Shown: positions 47,501-47,966 of the stretch, one piece after another
How the letters are laid out: each line of letters starts with the position of its first letter
How positions within the stretch are numbered: the first letter of the stretch is position 1
Assembly: GCA_045533065.1 (NCBI GenBank)
Contig: JAZSHC010000023.1
Location: 15,332-79,331 of the forward strand
Reading direction: 5' to 3'
Length of the DNA: 64,000 nucleotides
Source of the DNA: Acutalibacteraceae bacterium
GTDB lineage: Bacteria > Bacillota > Clostridia > Oscillospirales > Acutalibacteraceae
The notes under the pieces: generated by a model
Database searches by the model: none
What the model saw: the letters and a program-made list of their open reading frames with translations, nothing else
Told to the model about the DNA's origin: nothing
Translations under genes and position numbers: made by a program

Positions 47501-47548
47501 CATAATGATAGCGAGTACGCAACTTAGTACTTTCTTTCCAACTTCCAT
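17546..47548 (-). CDS. giant secreted acidic modular protein, 10,000 aa, unknown family
   Basis: ATG 47548 is preceded by AAGGAGG (47562..47556) with a 7-nt spacer; the stop is TAA 17548..17546, with no stop in 10,000 codons. The N-terminus is MEVGKK plus a 23-residue hydrophobic stretch (Sec signal or signal anchor). The gene has its own promoter and terminator. The internal 15-module periodicity is in frame throughout. Confidence 0.9.
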   Translation of the reverse strand: MEVGKKVLSCVLAIIMIVSSVSVCFGVLGADNTIDNLMSRIELHHATLADYIQAATSDKATAEDKKRVPQQVNASQWKVEIDSASGSWHWVAAAYAAAAKEIIDVAGVNTYYGIYNAIKGAINDVLADRTNDENDHYLVSLNQYDEILKYFAFGETSDVGSYSSPKVITFYIGAGFDVLQWADGTADAYLDIPTDPDDLQMYKATVKFGMTNLTASYGITASDIVFEHQEQNADVTAAALTVVKESIEKFIGLADEWFNPDTPYDQMATDVLNETVTQISADIVEYDLAVGTAEVGNPEDIWNAYVSPAIDGNRTWAEVKQWYKTNIVDYIAKAYAAQYKSDFDALFAQADALQADPDETDEDSLGDLLYDIYLQAEELLAELDDANAFNGETTVNITDEVIAAFDGGREYYTSVLSKIDALKIRIAQNYAGEWKDVYARLITVKILDAGTSQSMGHIWGDTTCGGDSCTMLCNGKGNGLTEEDGYFGGECTYGWVDADGDGVFSDEEKTHVDHCVHVDYKEALAFFEEASKLVADFETKVFPFVLDAAGNVNYDRLGTAGVTKANWTAFYATYQRANLNLYGAKYIAMKDKMDAYIDATRLTGGMTYESITKYYNEFVALGYSEVKSLSQNEGAADIFEKIFGKDGVKEYDYFLNDLKRRAANRIYEQIERVQTYYEEGGNRITYYNFEAIISATKAIEAPQTVLFNFLKGAPAYNPEAEEFANLGVAAHTTEEIADLYSTITEYSLDAQYFGEKLAEMRSYVSAQGGRSDKVILNYLFDRYRNGNNYAGSFYDYMWSSGVGTLDYDTIEDLINKVGLKTGMVGEEKIKELMDDAVAQFDNMLISEDLGTILNSLIKSTDEFGNETGFLGTWDYEFVEPNGKVHAIGTEIKNLREFLVNLINGLLYGGLLHDVFFKTLMPLIGGAVAGLTQSYVGYRLSDIVPSAARKAIPLDPHHFYQNYGEQPWYQFFNGERGFGTYQHVIDTMKTADTDYVYYFLLGDVYWSYWDQKSADVNGRSDLSPVDWSNWDSKKAWNITNEKTFYDSLTVATIGLINPLNTLVTGREIELTGAIGTINVNLKLSSTGDALYDALFLPLYRLLGIEEYSSSNPHGYRSADTIKSLLNMSSSYKVNDTEFPSNYGRDVWVAIFDPLFNWINNDLFTAPVSSILEILPNLLCALEYNQLMPKLSNVGININVLGIANIPISLSDIILPLLTDLGLDLSNGINGVLSGLLGASRTKTRPGADVKALMKDVLDEDGNKIYDLYNKDGNVIQYNVDTVKLAETYPNGLPYGQYTSVRQELYCDDNGYYYTNLGLLTQTLFGAAGEGLLDMLEWKGDKGSIALDIHVNRLMAMGTPAETPMTGCQTSWTNYHLNIDTGDTLLTLFRWLMNDGVIIQLMPLLGGLLGGSGSIIDTILPIIDGQADTVVAILVTLLNEYIPTVYDYKDTAADGTMTWTDFGEDGQFVLGKYLEESLAEIPDGTYINDAGEKVTAAGAITADPESGEVQATRETMIGKADRAIKNIDDLIMDLIPMLVPMLLPMLEGILPENMAGILEPLENIGENDTLADVVADVITSNDVMQLLVTLLVGTGEQKEETLEDGTKVPAYQKDADGNYVLDENGDKIPVMDTGLLGGILGSGIVANLLPALADFDIDIRPIGFYNAAEAAGNTAITGWLNDCYNKAKVNEPTLKAEDMTWAHVTAPADGYNWFYMLSGNESAEVKVDTFFDALETLLTPLNPLLSFLFSGQDITLLDELTLEGHPGYQTSITMLIESLGYGDVVVETKNGKTYTASMSANDYLTYVHGSTNPEANKTGRNWNTVESPLAPLFAALRAVLVGDDASGELGLLESPLTALLSKLPNIAYLLYSYETGEVDVNNIPLKTNNLAQAVKNLISPVLELLNIIDPVLSRALELDIAALLDEFLDLENTLNKMISDMVAGSELDTGEEIIVTNFIDFGALATYGSKKSELRNSNVTGAENGKFTYFVGSPSQALITIVRSIMTDDLIIMFSDMFMNWYAKAEEGEEVTDEMTADWAKVRSIVEGISNRARQRVELDNGNYNGTGADIIVGILVDLLTDYVPKKGMKMFYAKMGIAGYKNDKVTDAETGEVIENIMQKYGIEHVPYDWSTITKDENGNVLFTKAEVADTLDSFDAVLKKALPDVIGILTSQGILDLSSLGIEGGTDGATLYEVLTKLVENLAFKDETMTTIVNLLVGLFGGSIGDFLPIVSEAGIDITAATVYRNAADDSGLRQYMGYGLAVDENGKIAVDGEKRDITWADISAAHGYHAYEYDKNGNVVMVDGQPKYAYAQKDVLDAKGNPTYEDADKTIKITEDDLDKPTMKLLASTYVQETKDGKYVYTYKTLDGEDAEYLSAYQNLETFADPVYEVDENGNVKVDENGDKIIKKDENGNEIWTKYTLKAVYTTEKIAGAWSWNFDDVASKGYQDHFYGKVSYFITCLWEVIGGLEDILEALFFGADSNKAVKLFDTLNIEGQDGYEDTMLPLLRGFGLDAILGTLNTTKATDAEGKPIVVDGKEITMLEALNNERKEIYGSTVNLIPGNLVKGNDGMRRSLGTWVDAQGNVTAWSFAAEQAGDITFDASKGYNMEIFLKVIVNYILYFVEILATYPISTLMAALPTLAYFITSDGATEILSNLLSFLTALTDRLGPVLCIDVNDLGAGIIDMLGTNTWTTFQDIFKYYLDEDENKVYDVITYDENGKIIATQQPAESTGINFSQALISFVANIKIDLTSLMKSEEKFERTLTYFIDGDVENQAWAMINANPDDEEVLEQARTMRATAATNWLKSIAALGDPFGDSYTDANGTTHNIPAAYENYVKIDAYNGQLSVAKEDMFMFILDFIFENTTLKEVLGALLGYDLTDENGSDAELLDELLTNVFTSPDSIVDLIVALFTEYTVADADSVALIPIEEYHYDFYDEYGKTYQDILPEIQAGTYAGSEISRVKTAYAIDNLDKLVGTVLNLFKKDLVKEGGLFYGIFTEEDDINLKTAVNGLLEDLLFTDDLINNLLGMLVGLLASEGTGDIIGIVTDILKSAAGIDISPANFADNHPVLASLINKEVDGETVAMTWAEIAEANKQYEYKYQTLDEDGEPATNDKGEPVYASYFDKSATATTTTVDYKGTEDEADDKEVTLIPVYNQKQAQNADGEYEYFYYASDAAKEDDDRTSYFHKDAGKTEYVIPASDENAEEQKFTLTAVMVDDTTSQKTAVKIDAEWNIVVEVAENATEAEIESARTQSRQNFVDVLWAIVDPLSLILEVFLTGEKLSIYEEINIRGFDGYSGVLLPIINALGAPVFEKADGSKYLTNYYASQAEYEAAVYGYTTTDDLGIDVAYPGEKKVILQSLLDAVFALVDSLCDRPISTLATLLPYLSRFLESNGIDTIVGNLLSPVTALTDMIKNVYDLDIMGLIKGLLQGLAAGMKDPAVDTATEYVEQQIDEAAEANANAGIALAADENDILDTDSGIDTSKLTFMDIIWDIIESVSIDMGDGKKLVLSEIISDRLFTTFASCAWYNDEGLKNADGKDYVTIRVPEYNSTDINLSTVVTAEKVTDYYVDRETVLLAVLDTLLFQESVRDLIAGLIGDFDFSDEALRDMKPAEDKVLDTDYLLPVLLYGVFMDGEALERLLIDLLSWYDVEYAPERVQTPTGMGTVLPSDQNVQVGEDTVSYWSTTGLDKDELEELPKKLDELIAAVLPLVGELLPTFGVNLELDLSGDSLEDIVENLIKSLFVDTLDETTGEMKNGLATTIFTLLVNLFGAGKLDDILTMVYELTGGVNGGINLTLDYFKKSSPAVAKVFEDCDTWAEAYEEYKTKIIYNAETDKVTYKVDVNNTPDNAEDDVEVKDEAAANDGTYLYNTDSVNKPIPVYAEDKDGNKIPVYKSSATTITNEFGTYYVTGGTPAKTTGADGEEVVEEPLKDTYVVKTEDNKVVYEYKYEVKLTGTDSFGVKTYDDALALLGDILTPLAPVFQLLFLENGDLVILDGITISAGDGYDRFVIPVAEMLGIKIEKDKHEVAALTDAEFADFIVAGIEKLITKIVSSPVQTIVDLLPQLVYFITSNGLAQAVEQMLAPLVTLIDMVNDIAAKEINIEGRTEPLVALNVYELLTGLLKDIVALPEGTDTAGEIVMALLTAEGLEDLIMGLVMDDKGTPEDKTDDTTKLGFLDGLFNKLASKLCAAGEVETMRYFGARTAGGKRYVDGAIATRANTLVQLISEIVLAEDGLVFDILKVAGVDLDDPKNETIATVINGITGDNRYNILEVLLNYFYHYDVEGTLIEYLSFDAKTYNYETYTPDSTLTARKVRRAIKKLDQAILGIIPELLPMLEEIEFLKGALDSLKDENGGYTGVTLQKVVEAILTDLAFNNKTMDMLVGMIVGLLGGDIAGTIDSLSPVLTQLLDVNLQPEAVAYGAQTSSPALYKFINDAITGTEAARTTIKEDELGAMVATTRNATWADIAGYYSDYAYYYIDAVETGADTEETTDDETTYVIKQYFDSNKYDNESKQTITLDDDTTKEVVLYTYAIATDADGEIIWRAHEGGRPELARMMSEGKYGFNWTYSVADDPETKDVNEEKSYSGTVYLATEAADTATVAIEGKDVVVDVEKAYVEAGMKVLGARTFDWGLEADGLTFEQKKDKFIGELYGIVKAVEPVINFLFHGTDITISSTIDGKKVDAITIKGGKGYQYALLPLLKALAADQVASNPLTTAKEYSDGINTALTLSAIVDGVYNIVENLSAGPLEYILTLLPSLSYFISSNGVELFIKNLVSPVFALLDVAEPAVGALLDDLLGGLLSPMIGEYMPADAEYIIDTNDKGEEYKKYTLDQILQIAGSDGSNLVAILNKILTGILVKTPDGVTAEVVEILPANFFSEYVAYAVDAGVKSADAKTYYELEVIKDGSKYGEVGDVIKLAQADYNEERDAEYLKLRGTRYVVDTFSVDIADSLVYLLENVLTEQLLTEVAGLMDVKVDGTADKKDIVATLLMNLINGENNGLTITEILVSLFEGYKVEYAELNGIYIDIDHSTQTEAADIPVTLDDLINKALPAVLPLLAGENVEEGSLMDILSSSLEGFDPTTTTTETSIGKVLDALIESFLTDDMVRGVVEMLVGVLGNETIDMVLDLIKIGDHKLTADEYLEQIQKHFENKDKYAQAVAAVTAIIGTADTWAEVAANNTKYVYTYEIEAATADKEAVLGTYYSTDAKLDNTSVEIDGTSYDLKAKIEEIKDADGKVTGTKHATAIKVDESLSFGIKDSDDKLNALIDAFTVLIEPVAEVLQLVLQGKTLTLLSSNGEYVGDFDADVAGAKDNDDRAEEITSGVIMGDGYIEIRGSKGYEEGLLALAEAIFGDIKNNAELSAKIPSGETFNGYNNIEDILGAVVNIIMALVDGLKSGPVTFLADHLAGLLYFLVSDNVADLVDNVLALANGLFKVVAPVTGTDDLLGLLGLDLSILKLEKLLETINKLLADNNIDLEITPEMLQKLVALIGDYAVIDSLRSSANSAVIDGNGNYVDKNGNIITDLEAEGVKGKLTTVVGSRAYFVDGLLTFAIEEVLPAFEDKENADAIINMIIAELSKEGAVAGVIEFLQTLTADYVVEYFAIEDPEVALKKIQVLYESEVHSVSKATTQKAITNLDKLIKEILPLVGLEGSLQDLVADFVLTDDIANTIAGLLVSLLGGLNESANDIINLVEKALGEDIKIDVESYKDIEILEDFFGDAETWADVVDMYTKYAYTYTIPADASVEGSTDEVVTVYLDTADEHEVTVGEGNDAIVYAVEPAYVQETSPEGNPYYMIDMGSFTLKLGVVDASSVTVAKDGSVKVKISGENGTTKEYDAEPVYTDVQATKVVVDHEWGIADETSIDKKIEKFVSILTAFLTPVDFILEVLLAGGVYEFNPDVPAYGDSLSVFDEIKIMGGSGYNYAILPLMEALGMTEDDGLLTQAEYEETIETKGALGYILETLLKYVVSGLDTPIDFVLNLLGSLSHTISKNGLTTIVSNLIAPVSEIIRAIEDVLPVAIIIELNALFEEGAEIFSFYIGDDVAANGANVGLTIDLDATTLEDLIVKALNKFAPDLKHLELRFADLAAGAAVTNEDGTIKPVASLVDPDWDILLGTWGTNIEIDTADMLITLFDMLLTTDTINDILGMLKVNLDDLLKDLPEVKDIVNTAIENPAAVVDAIIKLLASDYVVSQAKVLFDLIGKTDYDYAKKDVVNKTTVTQAINKLDAVLNNAIAPVLDILGDMDNMPALIADIAASGATDSIGSLLNWFLNENIFTDDIINMLLGLIVGLLGGMDAKTFDLISNLVNEILGIQLDPAGFAQEIADAGITDSKIKAYLATIQPADKDAGLTWADVANANMKYVYTYTVPATEEGAEDKKVEVYLDTDKETKYTDENGTEQTVTLVTEKVTKDGKEVEQAKTKVVMENYWGITGDENAKELFVDLILEIIAPFGPILDWLFRGADITLLVDGVALKGGNAYDNVLVPLVKALGVDIKPNSVLDPRLQKNAIVVVEELLDGIFALVDKIAANPLQSIIDIVAGLSYFLASNGVAEAVDGILAPIFGLLTVVDRIAPMSSINALLDKFIKMDIDDIKNIAGTDGSGLVTMLNDLIGEFEIVDATGNTIKAKLLPADFFVQIAKHAIVVDTDSDVDVGLIAEGEFGYETQPEHKYVVDWTIDRADALMYVLSTVCTDNFLKVLCELIGQKEGTVGQIIVSLAGKQDNIVDILVTLLTDYTIQYSEHSRGEIDKTPVEHIAPMTDENLNQALAALDPIIGAVIGLVGLDVDTLQSLLGELVEGLDIGNLLMNLLVPVLADLDIGEIIDIVKEVTNVEISLDPQAFKKGEFGSKLSEYIGSAKTWAEVEANYMRYVYKYETKAATADAKAEYGTYYSAESNLAGTEITIGEGEDAKTYTLENATVTKTAEDGKKIYTAKVGGVDLILHFADADVTVADDGAVTTKMNINGTETVVELTPVLEHEYVFHSDFNWDLGLTGEHASFDGVVALISDLLFPLDQVLGLLLTEEQLIVLESYDDEGNREDIRIKGGRGYNYAIIPLMEALGIEAISEAEYIEQAKTKGHLNYILDAIISKVEDELLVTPVQTLLSLLANLFYFVGSDGINNIAENLLAFANVLIEKISAVYHIGIQIDLSELGVEGGSVLRTALGSETDKNGIKVPAGISVNVNPDDLINLITGLLDGLEINGEKLNLALELDWLDIASKMAATETRYLYTVDSLGINMYLADDAVTKAEDGTLTTKINNGTEIVDHVVTLVEGAAPIEVLIKVPTAQVTADGEEAQWYNIKGDPADTFTTLIKTILTENNTYEIAKLVESLLAGVDFSGMDGVDENGVANDEINVVGIIEDVLYDPNGIQELLAAVVLLLSGTYDIETLETAFKVFRALTYFADENAENGVKLNNAIDRLDAIIAREVPSILTMFIDADSATGIMKTLVNAATGAVDLKDMVDNLLVELAFTADNYASLMEMLVKAIAGFLTSDLVGTLKDLLGIDLAPKAFAKATGNVALVNYVGDAATWSEVWANNSTDGVANEYDWGVNDKDTFIQGVLSLLVPLNPVLDFIFCGGKLELLDKSIKLPGGNAYNTALIPLFKALGVELETADNTTEALDKLVAGLIGTNGLVDKIANAPLKTVLELVAGLSYLVANDNLEPIIRNIAAPIFSILKLLEPVISMNQIDGILEGFIGMSLTDIIEIGNNGGANLVALVNDLLGGFQVKNDKGEVVDTIDALEDTFFIELSQYAIKAVDPTEDEADFDGDAVISNTDAITWKVDAGETLMFILDKVLDDTFLQVLVGKIAPDAKPDDMLVSILTSLANKEMALVDVIMMLLENYTITYNKVPQTDLDGDAADYSAFDPNDEKVEEALPGAITALDGLLVSILGLLGTDGDLASMIDGLVAGADLGNLLMNLLVPVLAGLDIDAILDYVKELTNLQLDINPQAFANDAFGSELKNFIGDAKTWAEVAENNMKYVYTYVVPADPAVEGSKDETVTVYLADADLDGTMYTVGEGENAKKYELSASMVQDTADGKKVYSAKLGGATLKFHFADEDVTVADDGTVTTKINLNGTETDVVLTPVMVKETKVHVAYDWNMETLADVVNFAADLLLPLDVVFEILLSGKQIIALEDQNEVRRADIRINGGYGYNYAIIPLLEALGVDAVDQATYDREIDEKYEGSSLKYILDAIVGRVGTILDAPITEVLGLVANLFYFIGSEGINTIAANLIAPINELVYAVSEVYPIGVSVAVDGEGKFAFDYDLGGSKGLKAGVNIDLSADALSSLIGSLLSGLEIGGKKLGLTLDLDWLELAAAMAKRDENGNIIYTESAMVYGYADTTVKGTGNDPYKNISGDAADTLVTLLNAILTEENVKVIKDLVLGLLGDANLDPTIEGLLNDILSDRGAIINLVGTLVLILTGEYEITVLEMIFKFLGKADFNDVENVDTAIAAFDRLIGKAVPKILPLIAGADVEEGSLLDTIMKAAENVPEGKAVLKHIVDTLLTDMLFTDDMMKTITDMLIKLLGESISESLVGTLGDILGINLAPTEFAAATGNAQLIEYVNVTGTGTDGAVTWADVLGQHKAEDGTIDAVFTGVNNKDAFLGAIYDLLKPLESVLAFLLRGGNLEIAQGLGVEGIMLKGNDGYTNAIWYLFKALGLEEMGATWVAADENMTAVDALAQTIEYVFVLVDELCEAPFNTILVLLGNLSFFIANGGVEVLINNLVSPVLSLVDALGGTISRAELDALLKSLTKNDMLTISGILNIAGEKGEALVELINGIIPGAKVFEPAYDANGQVIVGEYKEYTKEQVEADKTNEYAEVELDVIGADGKPVVDGEGNAVTRTTYYKVIHVLTALDEDFFVELAKYAIEVDQPTGLVDPDDIGDKVTKWHVDTGDTLMYILSTVLSDNFLNILCNMLGLDKNSQVGSIVTGLAGKEEQLIDVLVSLLAKYLVEYTPYKQPVLDKIDVTSAETHANFNDIVKNLDALIPTILSLVEIGGKKYSSLNELVNGFITDDIANMLMGMLTELLAGLPSKTIDDVLGYVKEFTNLDLNIAPAAFALNNHGSKLAEFIGDAETWADVWMAHSKEADDPATADVVEREYVPYTFGITGLADLVNLVADLTAPLDPILAILLMGGQERAKFTGKEVGLAISALDEINIMGGMGYNYAIIPLLELLGIDAMSQEAYKTAVENSYGSTLKPILTQLVDTVENDILKAPINWLAKILANLCYVLGNDDIGTIVDNLIAPVNQLIEKVDPLFPIAINIDLGAIGNETEHYKVLNTYLGVEHPGVAAGIHIVVKGTDIANLLTNLLANIEVNGKPLGIKLNLNWLELAAMAGADVKDDGKVDFESTNLSNKYDIYNAESYSTIKGDAADTFVALLKVVLTEENVEAVLGALNVELGPEIENIIDEIVKDPSKIIDIISEILGGKLSYQPIQNRPITVTGVNYNSYFTFTEQNADVIANNLDMLIKQILEAAGLGSLRQLLAQYISNGTVNQLLDLLVGLLAGDSVGPILSTIAGLDLGIELPLTLPAFAAKMSELAATRDYLKGVAAHLNKAVALKGDEATWADVTSFQEANVNWNVANGNLYDFTRALAGVLTPLNGLLELLLIGEGKALDVLGIVQIGGGNGYDYGIIPLLEAFGLKSDEVLTSKAYAQLVSEDETQLLGYILNRIAYFADGLLDNPVNKLLTILPNLAYYFSNEGLLLTVKNLLAPVYTLVSTITSVLGVNLESFLKLEELVHNIDLGIVVLGAKYDFRIPQIDWYGLAAKGGDYAQEVSTSRSLPANSYTVEMRADQYADYTAKNPGAAHKTTQKNIVADKGDTLTVVFTWLLEMFEDPHNREALVKWIVDAFELASGAEATVRYAVNELFNKTAAYDVPDIIVSALFSALGMALTLDAAIMGDVAVIQQIWKDLFGNIGNNSGCAYGSIAKVMEDLTGVWDDTIGSDEDHEDAVEDAEESLNWFQRLIKKIKEFFEKIFSIFK
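18572..44299 (-). repeat. array of 15 divergent intragenic modules (466-800 aa each) within the giant CDS
   Basis: The motif GGxGYxxx(I/L)(I/L)PLxxALG recurs in frame. Its terminal Gly codon lies at 44243, 42215, 40013, 37613, 35477, 33410, 31463, 29717, 28040, 26336, 24692, 23015, 21530, 19970 and 18572. Each motif is flanked by the same conserved helices. Confidence 0.85.
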
Positions 47549-47668
47549 AAATTTACCTCCTTAAATGAAAGAATATGTATATTACAAATAGGATTCCCTA
47601 TAATAATACCGAGGCTTTTACCCAAAAAAGGGTGCAAAATGCCCATAGAGACACCTATAACTATAGGT

Positions 47669-47697
47669 AGTATATCATTTAAAAACAAGTTTTTCAA
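47669..47697 (-). promoter_or_regulatory. sigma-A promoter (extended -10) of the giant gene
   Basis: The minus strand reads TTGAAA (47697..47692), 17 nt, TGaTATACT (-10 at 47674..47669). An A/T-tract region lies upstream and the leader is about 115 nt. Confidence 0.65.
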
Positions 47698-47893
47698 TAA
47701 GATTTTTTAATTTTTTTTGAATTCTACATTTTGCATATATGGAAAGTTTCTATTTTGGTAAGTTTTACATACTATCTGAAGGCGCATAAAATCTGACTTT
47801 TTTGAGCTTAAAAAGTGAAAAACTGTATGTTGATATCATCGTATTTTTTGTGCACAAGATGTTGTTTTTTTCACAAAAATCAACAAAGGAACC

Positions 47894-47922
47894 AAAAAAA
47901 GCACCCTCCCGAAGGAGAGTGC
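47894..47922 (-). terminator. rho-independent terminator of the 2,386-aa protein gene
   Basis: On the minus strand: GCACTCTCC, loop TTCG, GGAGGGTGC, then T7, 45 nt after the stop at 47967. The single imperfect pair is a G-U wobble on the minus strand but a C-A mismatch on the plus strand, which supports the minus orientation. Confidence 0.85.
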
Positions 47923-47966
47923 TTTGATTTTGTTATAAATCAGCTTTTACTTTTCACTTATCGGAC

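Noticed and set aside
17493-47527. Dozens of 60-260-aa ORFs in the other five frames across the giant gene (e.g. 19613..20404 +, 33524..34252 +, 34688..35371 +, 42260..42817 +)
   Set aside because: All lie inside the 30-kb CDS. They have low-complexity Ser/Leu/Cys/Arg-rich translations typical of off-frame or antisense reading of a biased CDS, and lack RBSs, promoters or terminators. They are shadow ORFs.
17546-47548. Suspicion that the exactly 10,000-aa length reflects a truncated or capped ORF call or a mis-assembled repeat
   Set aside because: I checked both ends in the DNA: ATG 47548 with AAGGAGG 7 nt upstream and a signal peptide, and TAA 17548..17546 followed by a strong terminator. 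The 15 modules are well diverged (the longest perfect inter-module DNA match I saw is 25 nt), so a collapsed or inflated repeat assembly is unlikely, though only long reads can prove contiguity.
17546-47548. RTX/T1SS-type giant adhesin, or NRPS/PKS megasynthase
   Set aside because: There are no GGxGxD nonapeptide arrays (only one DxDxDG loop), no C-terminal T1SS signal context and no T1SS genes nearby; an N-terminal Sec signal is present instead. No adenylation, condensation, ketosynthase or carrier-protein Ser motifs were seen.
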